64,000 bases of DNA from a bacterium (GTDB lineage: Bacteria > Zhuqueibacterota > Zhuqueibacteria > Oceanimicrobiales > Oceanimicrobiaceae), in contig JBHHXT010000005.1 of NCBI GenBank assembly GCA_046757165.1, positions 1,396-65,395 of the forward strand. Reading direction: 5' to 3'. Made by a program: the position numbers and the translations under genes. The notes beneath the pieces were generated by a model. The model worked only from the letters and a program-made list of their open reading frames with translations. It was not told the DNA's origin and ran no database searches. Positions within the stretch are counted from its first letter, which is position 1; the number at the start of each line of letters is the position of its first letter. Shown here one piece after another: positions 29,141 through 39,759 of the stretch.

Positions 29141-29950
29141 TCAATCCTGTCTCCTCTGTCCCGGCTTCTCCGCATAAACGGTGATACTATGAATGCCGGG
29201 ATTCAGTTCTCTGAATTCTGAGATTTCCTGTGGCGACAGGTATTTGGCCAGGAACTGTTCTGGCAGATCGATCTTGCGCTCCTGCTGAACCACCACGTTG
29301 ACAAACCCGGCGGCCTCGATAAGGGCCAAATACTCATGTTTTGGCAGGGCGCCGGCAACGCAGCCGGTGTAGACCGCAGCGGCCTGTTTCAACTTTTCCG
29401 GCAGCTCGCCGCCGGTAACGACGTCAGAGATACTGAAATGACCGCCCGGTTTCAGAATTCTAAATGTCTCCTCGAACGCCTTCTTCTTGTCCGGCACGAG
29501 GTTCAAAACACAGTTGCTCACCACCACATCGGCGCGATTATCCGTAACTGGCAGGTCCTCGATTTCGCCCAGGCGAAAATGGACGTTCTCGTAGCCGAGT
29601 TTTTCTGCATTCTTGCGAGCTTTGGCCACCATGGGTTCCGTCATGTCCACCCCGATCACCTCGCCTGCTTCGCCCACCTCGGCTCGCGCGACGAAGCAAT
29701 CATTGCCAGCGCCGGAACCGAGATCGACAACCGTGTCGCCTTCCTTGATGTGTGCGAACTCGGTGGGTAAGCCACATCCTAACCCCAGGTCAGCGTCTAC
29801 CACATAGCCCTGCACTCGAGAGTAATCATTAGAAAACACAGCGGCGTTCGCCGTTCTCCGGTCACAGCCGCACCCCGTTGTCTCCGCTGCCTGCGCAATC
29901 TCGCCGTACTTGTCCTTCACAACTTGCTTGATGGATTCAGAGGTTAACAT
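29141..29950 (-). CDS. arsM: Arsenite S-adenosylmethionine methyltransferase
   Basis: SAM-binding VVDLGSGAGNDCF. N-terminal GCGCD and downstream CV cysteines typical of ArsM. 269 aa. Confidence 0.85.
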   Translation of the reverse strand: MLTSESIKQVVKDKYGEIAQAAETTGCGCDRRTANAAVFSNDYSRVQGYVVDADLGLGCGLPTEFAHIKEGDTVVDLGSGAGNDCFVARAEVGEAGEVIGVDMTEPMVAKARKNAEKLGYENVHFRLGEIEDLPVTDNRADVVVSNCVLNLVPDKKKAFEETFRILKPGGHFSISDVVTGGELPEKLKQAAAVYTGCVAGALPKHEYLALIEAAGFVNVVVQQERKIDLPEQFLAKYLSPQEISEFRELNPGIHSITVYAEKPGQRRQD

Positions 29951-30013
29951 GGCACTTTCCTTTCTTTTAATCGGTAAAACGCAATATTACGATAATTTGG
30001 AGAAAAAAATTTT

Positions 30014-30331
30014 TCAGCAACAATCCATAGAGCCAAACAGGTCCTGCAACATCGCCTTTGCCTTCTCCCACGCCTCTTTGTCGATGCAGTAGCACACCCT
30101 CGGCCCCTCGACTTCTCCTTTGATGATCCCGATCCGTTTCAACTCTTTCAAATGTTGAGACACCGTCGACTGCGAAAGCGGCAGCACATCAACGAGATCG
30201 CCACAAATACAGGTCTGCTTTCTAACCAGCTGTTGGATGATAGCGACGCGGGCAGGATGAGCAAACGCCTTGGCGAATTCTGCGATTTGATTCTGAGTTT
30301 CGTTGAAGACCTGTGTTTTTGTCAAGCCCAT
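30014..30331 (-). CDS. arsR: ArsR/SmtB-family metalloregulator
   Basis: HTH region with metal-binding CICGDL motif (ELCVCDL-like). 105 aa. First gene of the ars cluster. Confidence 0.85.
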   Translation of the reverse strand: MGLTKTQVFNETQNQIAEFAKAFAHPARVAIIQQLVRKQTCICGDLVDVLPLSQSTVSQHLKELKRIGIIKGEVEGPRVCYCIDKEAWEKAKAMLQDLFGSMDCC

Positions 30332-30486
30332 TTGGTTGATCAGAGGTTAAACATTAATCGTTATATCGCAATATAACGATAGTTGTTTCAAAACGCAAGT
30401 TTTTTTCTGCTAAAGAGATGTGGGAGAGTAAACTGTAAAAAAGATCCAGAAATGATCCAACACGGCCTGTGACCGTGTTTTTTTGA

Positions 30487-30660
30487 CTAGCCTGGATAAT
30501 TCATGAATTTCGCCCAACAAGGGGCAACAGGTAAGGAGTGAAATGCTTTAGCATTTCATGCAACGCTAAAGCGTTGCACTCCTCTTTGTCCCGTTAAGTT
30601 AGCCATAATCAAGCGCTTATATGAATACTTGCTAATCTCTTGTGAATAATCCAGACTAGG
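30487..30660. repeat. MITE-like repeat family R2, intact copy with terminal inverted repeats
   Basis: TIRs CTAGCCTGGATAATTCA ... TGAATAATCCAGACTAG. Core GGAGTG-[AAATGCTTTAGCATTT]-CA-[TGCAACGCTAAAGCGTTGCA]-CTCC can be drawn as a three-way junction. Confidence 0.8.
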
Positions 30661-30686
30661 AATCGTCCGCCGGAAAAACTGCCAAA

Positions 30687-31889
30687 TTACTTTTGCACAG
30701 ACGTTAAATACCGATGCCAAGAAGCTGGCTCAACGCTTTCCAGCACCACCCGGTCGCAACCGTTGAAGTGTGCCAGCTTCCGCAGCCTTTGCATCAGTGG
30801 CCCGGCAAGGTCCCCGACCTCCGTGAACTCCGGCTCGAAAACCAGCCGTTTCACCACCAGCGTCTGAGTAGCGCGGTCAGCTTTTGGGTCTAGGCGCCCG
30901 ACAAAAGTCCCCTGCCAGAGAATTGGCAGACAAAAATAGCCGTACTTTCGTTTCGGCGCTGGCACATAGCACTCAATCTGGTAATCGAAGTCAAATAGCT
31001 GCAGAACGCGCTTGCGCTGAATGATGGCGTTGTCAAACGGCGACAGCAACCGGAGCACACGCGACCGGCGCAGGTTCGGGATGGCGTTGAGTTTTTCCGC
31101 GGTCGTGTACCAGGTCACGTTGTCCCACCCGTGCACGCGCACCTGAACAACTTCCCTGGCGGCAAGCATGCGTTTCAGCTCAGACTTGATTCCTTTCCTG
31201 GCGCCCTTGCGGTGATAGCCGATTTCAGTTTCGGTCGCCAGCCCGTTCGCCTGGATCGCCCGCTGGATCAGAAAGCGGTAATATTCCTCCTTTGAAGGCA
31301 CCGTGGTGTCGATGCCGTCAGGCAGCACGCGCTCTGGTAGATCATAGACTTTGTGAAAATTGTTGCGCCGGGTCACCATGAGTTTGCCCTCGATGAAAAG
31401 CTGCTCGAGTGCCCTTTTCGCAGGCTTCCATGACCACCAGGCGCCCGGGGTGTGGTTTTCTGGCGCGGCGAAATCTTTGGCCATGAGCGGGCCTTCACTC
31501 TTAAAGCGGTCCAGGAGGTTCTGCATCAACTTTTTGTCCGGCTCGTACCAGTGTTTTTCTCCGGCGGCGATGGCCTGCATCCGAGGCAAGCAGAAGCGGT
31601 AGTCTTCCATCGGCAGATAGGCCGCAGCGTGACTCCAGTACTCGAAGATCTGCCGGTCTCTGACCTGCAGATCGTTCAACATCTCTGGTCGGTAACCCGG
31701 GACACGGGACCAGAGCGTATGATGGTGGGCACGCTCCACCACGGAAATGGTGTCGATTTGCACATACCCGAGGTGCCGGATGGCCGCGAGCGCGCCGGCT
31801 TTGCCGCTGCCAAACGGTTTTGCTCGCAACAGACCCTGGCTGGCCAGGGCGAGCTTTCTCGCTTCAGAAACGGAAAGGGTCGTTTTCAT
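30687..31889 (-). CDS. Winged-helix DNA-binding protein of the YcaQ/AlkZ (HTH_42) family (putative interstrand-crosslink DNA glycosylase)
   Basis: 400 aa. N-terminus MKTTLSVSEARKLALASQGL and overall size and composition match the YcaQ/AlkZ family. Confidence 0.6.
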   Translation of the reverse strand: MKTTLSVSEARKLALASQGLLRAKPFGSGKAGALAAIRHLGYVQIDTISVVERAHHHTLWSRVPGYRPEMLNDLQVRDRQIFEYWSHAAAYLPMEDYRFCLPRMQAIAAGEKHWYEPDKKLMQNLLDRFKSEGPLMAKDFAAPENHTPGAWWSWKPAKRALEQLFIEGKLMVTRRNNFHKVYDLPERVLPDGIDTTVPSKEEYYRFLIQRAIQANGLATETEIGYHRKGARKGIKSELKRMLAAREVVQVRVHGWDNVTWYTTAEKLNAIPNLRRSRVLRLLSPFDNAIIQRKRVLQLFDFDYQIECYVPAPKRKYGYFCLPILWQGTFVGRLDPKADRATQTLVVKRLVFEPEFTEVGDLAGPLMQRLRKLAHFNGCDRVVLESVEPASWHRYLTSVQK

Positions 31890-31902
31890 CTCAGCGACCT
31901 TC

Positions 31903-33456
31903 TCACTCCGCTAACCGTTTGCGCGGCAACAAGCCATCGCGATTGGCCACATGGTATGCAATCGAGGCCAGGATGACGGCACTCTGCTTCAGGTCATCTT
32001 CGATGACGTAGTCGTAAACGTCCAGGTTCGAGTGATGTGTCACGGTCATGTAGTTGAGCGGGTCCTGAATGAATTGGAACGCCGGCACGTTCAGGGCGTC
32101 GAACTGCTCGTGGTCGGTCCAACTGGCGTTTTGGATCGTCAGCGTGGTGGCGTCCAGGTAGTCGAACGGCTCCAGGTAGGCCTTAAAAACAGGGCGAACC
32201 GCTTCATTCCCCTGCAGGTAGATACCGCGTATTTTTCCGCTGCCGTTGTCAAAGTTGAAGTACGCAGAGAGGGTTGCTTGCTCAGCTTTCTTCTCGCCGG
32301 TGAGCCTATCCCCGACGTGTTGTTTGACGTAAGCCGATGAGCCACAGTAGCCTTGCTCTTCGCCACCCCAGAGGCCGACCCGAATCGTGCGCGCCGGGCG
32401 GACAGCGATCGCTTTCAAGATGCGCAACGCTTCCATGACCACCGCTGACCCGGCAGCGTTGTCCGTCGCGCCTGTTCCAGCATGCCAGGAATCAAAGTGT
32501 GCGCCCAGCATGACGATTTCCTTCCGCAGCCTGGCATCGCTGCCAGGAAAGTCCGCCAGGACGTTGACGTTGTACTGCGGCTCCTCGAAGAATTGCACTT
32601 GCAAATGCAGCTTGAGCTTCGGCCGTTCGCCCCGGTCCAACAGGCGCACAAGGCGGGAATAGTGTTCATTCGCCACCACAAAGTAGGGCGCTGGCTTGAT
32701 CTGGTCTTTTTTGATGAAGTAGGTGCCGCTGACATGCAGGATGCCGTGGTCATAACGACTGGGCTCGATGAGGGCGGCCACCCCCTCATCGAGAAAAAAC
32801 TGGTGCCAGCGGGTGGATTCCTGCTGCCTGGTGGCATTATCCCGTACACGTTCGCTAAGAGGCTTGCTGGCCATATGACCGATGTGCGTTTCGGGCACAG
32901 GCACGAGATTTTGCTCAGCCTCTGCCAGGGTTTCATCGCTGAACCGGGTCGTGAACGGCGTGAGCCACGGTTCCGAAGGTTCGTTGCGCCCGAGCAGGAC
33001 GATTTTGCCTCTTAACTGGCCAGCGTACTGCTGCAGCGAATCCAGATCGAGGTGCTCGAGCAACACCGGCACGCCAATCACCTCGCTATCCGTGCCCGCG
33101 ACCCACGCCTTCGGCCAGGCCAGCAGCGGCATGTAACGTGGCTCAACCATCTCGACGGAGAAGGACCGGGCTTCCCAGCCACGATAGTTCTCGTCAAAGG
33201 ACTCCAGCCGGGACGTCAGCCCCCACTTCGCGAGCTGGTCCCGGGCCCACTCGGCAGCTTGCCGGTAGCCGGGCGTGCCCAGCAGTCGCGGTCCATGGAC
33301 ATCAGTGAGGTAGCTCAACGTTTCCATGACCTGGGAATGCTGAAAGCCCTCCTCCTTGATGCGGCTGATAATGCGCTGGTCGACCTTTTCCTGGGTCAGA
33401 CCACTGCTTGATGCAAACAACAGGACGATCAAAAAATACCGGTGAAATGACCTCAT
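31903..33456 (-). CDS. M28-family secreted peptidase
   Basis: Signal peptide. HFDSWHAGTGATDNAAGSAVVMEALR and GGEEQGYCGS are M28 zinc-binding motifs. Confidence 0.85.
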   Translation of the reverse strand: MRSFHRYFLIVLLFASSSGLTQEKVDQRIISRIKEEGFQHSQVMETLSYLTDVHGPRLLGTPGYRQAAEWARDQLAKWGLTSRLESFDENYRGWEARSFSVEMVEPRYMPLLAWPKAWVAGTDSEVIGVPVLLEHLDLDSLQQYAGQLRGKIVLLGRNEPSEPWLTPFTTRFSDETLAEAEQNLVPVPETHIGHMASKPLSERVRDNATRQQESTRWHQFFLDEGVAALIEPSRYDHGILHVSGTYFIKKDQIKPAPYFVVANEHYSRLVRLLDRGERPKLKLHLQVQFFEEPQYNVNVLADFPGSDARLRKEIVMLGAHFDSWHAGTGATDNAAGSAVVMEALRILKAIAVRPARTIRVGLWGGEEQGYCGSSAYVKQHVGDRLTGEKKAEQATLSAYFNFDNGSGKIRGIYLQGNEAVRPVFKAYLEPFDYLDATTLTIQNASWTDHEQFDALNVPAFQFIQDPLNYMTVTHHSNLDVYDYVIEDDLKQSAVILASIAYHVANRDGLLPRKRLAE

Positions 33457-34041
33457 GGCAATCCTTTCATAAATTCACGTTTCGAGTCAGACTTAGTTAG
33501 ATACGCTTGTCCATGCAGTTTTATTTCACTCGCTTGACGGTTGTCAAACCTGTCACCACCATAGCAATTTACGGCCACCCCGTCACATTTTCAAGCATAA
33601 GTTCCCATCTGGATTGGAAATAACGCTTCATCTCAGCATCGCTTCTCAATCGAATTGGCCGGAGGAAATCAGTTATTTCATTGACAAAGATTTATTTTAG
33701 TGTATATTTGTCAGTTCAGTTTGCATTGTTCCGGTCGTCTCAGAATTGCAATATCAAGACATGTGTGGAAGGTTGGGCGTGGGGTGAATTGTTGGATGAG
33801 TGGAGATGACGGCGAACCGCCACCGAGTATATGAAATGACGCCAATTTCAACCTGAAACTGCTTAATTCAAACATGCAAAAACAATTCCCTGGGCATCTT
33901 TGTCACTCCAGGAAACCAGCGGAAGGTCAGGCCGTTAAGTGCCCTCCCCCTGGCGCAAGCGAAGGCGTGCTTGAACCTCGGCCGCGCGCCAGATCATTCG
34001 GGAAGAAGGCAGGGTTGTCATTCCTGCCACTTTCCGTCCAG

Positions 34042-35865
34042 ATGTCATGCATGCACTTATTGCGTGTGAGCATTGCCGCCCTTCTGCTGCTAGGCGGCGT
34101 TCTGTTCATCCCGCTCCATGCCCAGACCGTCACCCTGAAGATCATCGAGACCACCGATGTGCACGGAACCATTTTCCCCTACGATTTTATCAACGACAGG
34201 CCGGCGCGCGGCTCACTGGCGCAAGTGTTGACCTACGTCGAGCAAGAGCGCCGCAATGACGGGCAAGAGGTTGTTTTGCTGGACGCTGGCGATATTCTGC
34301 AGGGCCAGCCGGCGGTCTACTACTACAATTTTGAGAGAACAGACGTTCGCCATCTCTACGCCCGCGTGATGAACTACATGAGGTATGATGCCGCTGCCGT
34401 CGGCAACCACGACATCGAAACGGGACACGCTGTTTATGATAAATTCATCGCCGAGCTGGCGTGTCCCTGGTTGGCGGCCAATGCTGTGAGAACGGAACAG
34501 CCCCGAACCTCGTCTTTGGCAAAAAGAGGTGACGTTGGCCAACCTTATTTCGAGCCGTACACAGTCATCGAAAGAAAGGGCGTGAGAATCGCAGTGCTCG
34601 GCATGGTCACGCCCGGCATTCCAAACTGGCTGCCGCCGGGGATCTGGCAAGGGATGGAATTCCAAGACATGCTTGAAACCGCGCGGCTGTGGGTGCCAAT
34701 CATCGTGGAAAGGGAAAAGCCGGATTTGCTCGTCGGCCTGTTTCACGCCGGCGGCGATTACACCTCTGGGGGGGCCACGGCCGACACCCCGCGCAACGAA
34801 AACGCCTCCGGACTCGTGGCCGAACAAGTCCCGGGATTCGACATCGTTTTCGTTGGCCACGACCATAGCGGCTGGAATCTCACCGTCACAAATCTGCATG
34901 ACAAGGATGTCCACATTCTCGGCGCCAGCAGTTATGCTCGCGACCTCGCTGTTGCCACGGTCCGCATGAGGTTTGACAAAGAAAAACGGGTGTGGAACAA
35001 AACAATCGCAGGAGAGATCATCGATGTCTCCGGTTTCGAGCCGGACTCGATGCTCATGGCGAGGTTCGCCGCCGAGTTCGGGCAGATAAAAAAATACGTC
35101 TCCCGCCCGATCGGACGATTCACGAAGACTATCTCCACGCGCGACGCCATGTTTGGCAATTCCGCTTTTGTCGACCTCATTCATAGAATCCAGCTCGAAT
35201 TGACCAACGCCGACGTGTCCATCACAGCGCCCCTTTCTTTAGACGCGACGATTCACGAAGGGCAAGTCTATGTCCGGGATATGTTTCGGCTTTACAAATA
35301 TGAGAACCTGCTCTACACCATGCGGTTGACCGGCCAGGAGGTCAAGGACTTTCTCGAGTACTCCTGCGCCGGCTGGTTCAATCAGATGCGCAGCGCGGAT
35401 GATCACCTGCTCAATTTCGCGACAACAGCGGAGGGCGAGCTGGCGCCATCCACGCGCGGCCGCACCCGGCTCAACGTCCCGATGTTCAACTTTGATTCCA
35501 TGGCGGGCCTCGATTATACGGTGGACGTCTCCAGACCCGCCGGCAGCCGCGTGACGATTCACGCCATGTCAGATGGCTCCCCGTTCTTTCCGGACAAGAC
35601 TTACACGGTGGCCATCAACTCCTACCGCGGCAATGGTGGCGGCGGCCACCTCACGACTGGCGCCAGGATTCCGAAAGCAGAGTTGGCCAGCCGTATCCTC
35701 TTCTCGACGCAAAAGGACCTGCGCTACTTCATGATGAAGTGGATCGAAGGCAAACAGACGGTGACGCCGGAGTCGTATGGCAACTGGCGGGTGGTCCCCG
35801 AAGATTGGTGGCAAGCTGCGAAGACTCGGGATTTCAAATTGCTCTACGGGGAAAGACAGCCATGA
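34042..35865 (+). CDS. Bifunctional metallophosphatase / 5'-nucleotidase (UshA/CpdB-like)
   Basis: Signal peptide from the internal Met. DAGDILQG ... GNHD metallophosphatase motifs. C-terminal 5'-nucleotidase domain. Confidence 0.85.
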   Translation: MSCMHLLRVSIAALLLLGGVLFIPLHAQTVTLKIIETTDVHGTIFPYDFINDRPARGSLAQVLTYVEQERRNDGQEVVLLDAGDILQGQPAVYYYNFERTDVRHLYARVMNYMRYDAAAVGNHDIETGHAVYDKFIAELACPWLAANAVRTEQPRTSSLAKRGDVGQPYFEPYTVIERKGVRIAVLGMVTPGIPNWLPPGIWQGMEFQDMLETARLWVPIIVEREKPDLLVGLFHAGGDYTSGGATADTPRNENASGLVAEQVPGFDIVFVGHDHSGWNLTVTNLHDKDVHILGASSYARDLAVATVRMRFDKEKRVWNKTIAGEIIDVSGFEPDSMLMARFAAEFGQIKKYVSRPIGRFTKTISTRDAMFGNSAFVDLIHRIQLELTNADVSITAPLSLDATIHEGQVYVRDMFRLYKYENLLYTMRLTGQEVKDFLEYSCAGWFNQMRSADDHLLNFATTAEGELAPSTRGRTRLNVPMFNFDSMAGLDYTVDVSRPAGSRVTIHAMSDGSPFFPDKTYTVAINSYRGNGGGGHLTTGARIPKAELASRILFSTQKDLRYFMMKWIEGKQTVTPESYGNWRVVPEDWWQAAKTRDFKLLYGERQP

Positions 35866-35948
35866 TTCCATATTTTTCGAAAATTGAAACCGATCCGACA
35901 CAGTTTTTAACTGTGTCTCTTCAATCTGATGTAACATTATGATTATAA

Positions 35949-36120
35949 AGGGGCTGTCCAAAAAGGTTCCTCGTGCCTGTCATTTCGAGCGAAGCGAGAA
36001 ATCTGTTCGTGCAGGAACTTCGATGTAAGTAGTTGTTTTCGTGAGTCCTACGATTGGTGTCTTGTCAGATTCCTCCCTTCGGTCGGAATGACATTTCTGG
36101 TCTCTTGGGACAGCCCCAAG
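35949..36120. repeat. MITE-like repeat family R3 (TIR GGGGCTGTCCAAAAAG ... TTGGGACAGCCCC)
   Basis: Related short copy at 47195-47262. Internal TCATTTCGAGCGAAGCGAG is the reverse complement of the R1 core motif. Confidence 0.75.
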
Positions 36121-36194
36121 ATCTTTAACCGGACACTACTGGTCAGAGACCGTGGAGGTTCGGTGCCTGATCATAACAGACGCTGTTCACACAA

Positions 36195-37175
36195 TTGCAC
36201 AACGGCAACCAGGGCAGTATGCAGCTCAATGATCTGAAAGAAATCCTCGACCGGGGTCTGCTCGAACAAGACCAATTCGATTTTCTGCACAGAATCACCT
36301 CCCGGCAGATCATTTCACTCTTCTACGAAATCCGCACCGTGCTTTCTGTCGGCGTGCTGCTGTTCACCACCGGCGTGGGGATTTTGATCTATAAGCATAC
36401 CGGCAAGATTGGCCACACGGTCAATCTCGCGTTGCTCTCAGGTCTGATGGCCGCCTGCTTCTGGTACGCATCTAAGCACCACCGGCCTTTCTCCCGGGCT
36501 GAGGTGGCCAGCCCGACACCTTACTATGACTATGTCCTGCTGCTGGGCGCGCTTCTGTTTGTCACCATCGAAGGCTACCTGCAGACGCTCTATTCGATCT
36601 TCGGCCACCAGTGGGGACTGGCGGCGCTCATTCCGGCCGTCCTGTTCTTTATCCTGGCCTACCTGTACGACCACCGCGGCATTCTGGCGCTCGCAATCAC
36701 CGCCACAGCCTCTGCAATCGGACTGGAGCTCTCGGCGGCTAACTGGCTGAGAAACAATGTCTTTTCTCAAGAGGCGCTCATCGCTCCCGCCATCGCACTG
36801 GGTGCTGGTTTCATCGCACTGGGCTTTGCCCTGAATGGCATCCGTTTGAAAAAGCACTTCACCTTCATCTATCTGCTGTGGGGCATCACGCTGCTTTTGA
36901 CGGGTTTGCTTGCTGCGCTGATCGCATTTGAGCCAAAAGGCTTCTACAGTCTGGTCCTGGTGACTGCGAGCATCGCGGCGATCGCTTATGCGCTGCGAAC
37001 CCGAACCTTCGTGTTCTATCTCTACGGCGCAATCTTCGGCTATATTGGATTGACTGTGTTGATCGCCTTGCAGGTCGAGCTCAACGGGGGATTCTGGTAT
37101 CTTTATTTCCTGCTTTCCTGTGGCGGACTGCTCTATTTCATCCAGCGCTCACTGAGATCATTTCGAAAGGGATAA
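36195..37175 (+). CDS. Polytopic membrane protein (DUF2157-like)
   Basis: 326 aa, 8 or more predicted TM helices. Confidence 0.5.
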   Translation: MHNGNQGSMQLNDLKEILDRGLLEQDQFDFLHRITSRQIISLFYEIRTVLSVGVLLFTTGVGILIYKHTGKIGHTVNLALLSGLMAACFWYASKHHRPFSRAEVASPTPYYDYVLLLGALLFVTIEGYLQTLYSIFGHQWGLAALIPAVLFFILAYLYDHRGILALAITATASAIGLELSAANWLRNNVFSQEALIAPAIALGAGFIALGFALNGIRLKKHFTFIYLLWGITLLLTGLLAALIAFEPKGFYSLVLVTASIAAIAYALRTRTFVFYLYGAIFGYIGLTVLIALQVELNGGFWYLYFLLSCGGLLYFIQRSLRSFRKG

Positions 37176-37178
37176 ACC

Positions 37179-38363
37179 TTGCTGCTGTACGACCGGACTG
37201 CTTTGCGAAATCTGACCATTCAAAACGAAGCCACCCGCTGGCACGACAGCCAGGTGATCTCGCAAGAGCAGATCGAACAAATCCACGCCCAGTACCCTTG
37301 CGACTTGCACAGACCGAATTTCTTCATTCAGGTCACGTTATTCCTGGCGACTTTGGTGACGATGCTGGCGGGCTGGGGTCTGATTTCCTTGTTCTACTTC
37401 GATGTGAAAGGATTTGGCTATGGGCTACTCCTGATATCTTACGGGACCGCTGCTTACAAATTCCTGGAAGAAATCATCATCAAAAAGAAGGGGTTCTTTC
37501 GCGCCGGGCTGGACGATGCGCTGATCATTTTTTCCTGCGGTTTTATCGTGGCCGGACTGTTTTGGCTGCTGCATGCGAGGTTCTCCTCGCTGCCGGTGCC
37601 GGTTTATTTCCTGATTGCGCTGCCAGTCCTAGCCTGGTTTGCTGTCAGGTTTGCACACCCGGTCATGACCGCGGCCATTTTTTTCGCATTCTTCGCCACT
37701 GTTTTTTCGCAACTGCTGGAGCTGGGCTTCCGGGCCAGGAGCGTGCTGCCGTTTTTGATGATGCTTTTGTCTGTGCCGATCTACTGGTCTTCGAACCGCG
37801 CAGCGACCGAGCAAAGACTCGAACCGTGGCATCAAAATCTGCTGCTGCTGAAAGGCATGAGTTTGGTGATGTTCTATCTCGCCGGCAACTATCTGGTCGT
37901 GCGCGAGCTGAGCGCAGGGCTGCTGGCTATGCCTCTGGCCCCGGGCGAGGACATTCCGCTTGCCTTCATTTTCTATGGCTGCACGGCTTTGATTCCGCCT
38001 GCCTACATCGTTTATGGCCTGAAGACACGGGATGTGCTCTGCATCCGGATCGGACTCTTTGTTCTCGCCGCTTCTGTCCTGACGCTCGAGTTTTATGTCA
38101 GTCTGGGCCCGCCGGAATTGACGCTGACTGCGGCCGGCGCGCTCATGATCTTGCTTGCTGTCACCTGCCTCCGGCTGCTCGACAAACCGCTGAACGGGTA
38201 CACGCGCAAGCACTTGCTCAGACGAATGGCTGAAAGCCTGGACGCGGAAGCCTTCCTGATTGCGGAAACGATGGCCGCCACGCCGGAGACACACCCACCT
38301 GTCAAGGGGACGAAGTTTGGCGGCGGCGAATCAGGCGGTGCCGGAGCCGAAGGGGATTACTAG
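37179..38363 (+). CDS. Polytopic membrane protein (DUF4401-like), co-transcribed with the preceding gene
   Basis: 394 aa, multi-TM. 4-nt intergenic gap. Gly/Glu-rich C-terminal tail. Confidence 0.45.
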   Translation: MLLYDRTALRNLTIQNEATRWHDSQVISQEQIEQIHAQYPCDLHRPNFFIQVTLFLATLVTMLAGWGLISLFYFDVKGFGYGLLLISYGTAAYKFLEEIIIKKKGFFRAGLDDALIIFSCGFIVAGLFWLLHARFSSLPVPVYFLIALPVLAWFAVRFAHPVMTAAIFFAFFATVFSQLLELGFRARSVLPFLMMLLSVPIYWSSNRAATEQRLEPWHQNLLLLKGMSLVMFYLAGNYLVVRELSAGLLAMPLAPGEDIPLAFIFYGCTALIPPAYIVYGLKTRDVLCIRIGLFVLAASVLTLEFYVSLGPPELTLTAAGALMILLAVTCLRLLDKPLNGYTRKHLLRRMAESLDAEAFLIAETMAATPETHPPVKGTKFGGGESGGAGAEGDY

Positions 38364-38543
38364 GTGACAGTCCCCCATTTTTTGTCAACGACGTAGGGGC
38401 ACCCCTTGTGGGTGCCCGGGGTAGGGCGGTGGACAAACCCCCGGCGCGCGGCAAAGGGCAGGCACAAGGCCTGCCCCGACCTTACCATTCTTGAATCATC
38501 ATAAAATGATTGAGACATAAACCCAAACGAACAGGAGGTTACT

Positions 38544-39605
38544 TTGCAAGAGTTGTTCAGCAAAACATTCTACAGCAACACCGTCGGGGATTGGATCGTC
38601 GCCGCGCTCATCGTGCTGGCAGCCCTGGTTTTTGGCAAAGCGCTCTACTGGCTCGTGGGCAACGTCGTCAAGAGAATGGCTCGCAAAACCAGCACAAGAC
38701 TCGATGACATCATCCTCGACATGGTGGAAGAGCCCATCGTGTTCGCCATCACGCTTCTCGGCATCTGGAACGCGCTGCAGACGCTGACGATATCGGCGTC
38801 TCTTCAGGAATGGATCGGCCGGGCATACTATGTCCTCATCATCTTCAACGTCGCCTGGCTGCTCACCCGTCTGTTCGACGCCCTGGTCGATGAGTATCTC
38901 GTACCGCTGGTCAGCAAGACCGAGGGCGATCTCGACGATCAGCTCCTGCCCATTGTGCGCAAAGCCACCAAGATTGCCGTCTGGACCATTGCCGTCATCG
39001 TGGCGCTCAACAACGCCGGTTATGACGTAGGGGCGCTGCTCGCGGGGCTCGGCATCGGTGGTCTGGCGTTTGCGCTGGCGGCCCAGGATTCTGTTGCCAA
39101 TCTGTTCGGCGGCTTTACCATCTTTACCGACAAGCCCTTTAAAGTCCATGATCGCGTCGTCGTGAACGGATACGATGGCTACGTGCGTGAAATCGGCATC
39201 CGCAGTACACGCATTCAAACGCTGGATGGCAGGATGGTGACCATCCCAAACTCGGCCGTCGCCAACAATGCCATCACAAACATTTCTTCTGAGCCTTCAA
39301 GAAAGATCGTGCTCAACCTCGGCCTCACTTATGACACAGACCCCAATCGCATGCAGCAAGCGATCGACTTGTTGCGTCAGATCGCTCACGAGAACTCGGA
39401 TCTGATCGAAGACAAATTCATCATTTCGTTCAACGGCTTTGGAGACTTTGCGTTGAATATCATGTTTATCTACTACATCCGAAAAAGCGGCGACATCTTC
39501 GAAACGCAGACGAAAATCAACATGCAAATCTTGAGGAGGTTCAATGAAAACAAGCTCGAATTTGCTTTCCCGACGCAGACGATTTATACCCTTAGCGGTT
39601 CCTGA
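38544..39605 (+). CDS. mscS: Small-conductance mechanosensitive channel, MscS family
   Basis: LLAGLGIGGLAFALAAQDSVANLFGG ... RIQTLDGRMVTIPNS conserved MscS core. Confidence 0.9.
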   Translation: MQELFSKTFYSNTVGDWIVAALIVLAALVFGKALYWLVGNVVKRMARKTSTRLDDIILDMVEEPIVFAITLLGIWNALQTLTISASLQEWIGRAYYVLIIFNVAWLLTRLFDALVDEYLVPLVSKTEGDLDDQLLPIVRKATKIAVWTIAVIVALNNAGYDVGALLAGLGIGGLAFALAAQDSVANLFGGFTIFTDKPFKVHDRVVVNGYDGYVREIGIRSTRIQTLDGRMVTIPNSAVANNAITNISSEPSRKIVLNLGLTYDTDPNRMQQAIDLLRQIAHENSDLIEDKFIISFNGFGDFALNIMFIYYIRKSGDIFETQTKINMQILRRFNENKLEFAFPTQTIYTLSGS

Positions 39606-39759
39606 GCCCCATCTGAATCATGGCATCGCGGTCGAAAAATGGCGAACATGTCATTCTGGCCTTGCGCCGGAATTTTGTCGCGAGCAGGTCCAGTTCGAGG
39701 AGATCCGGGAATTTGGGGCAGGACCATCACGCTGGATTCCCAGAAAAACGAAGCGAACG

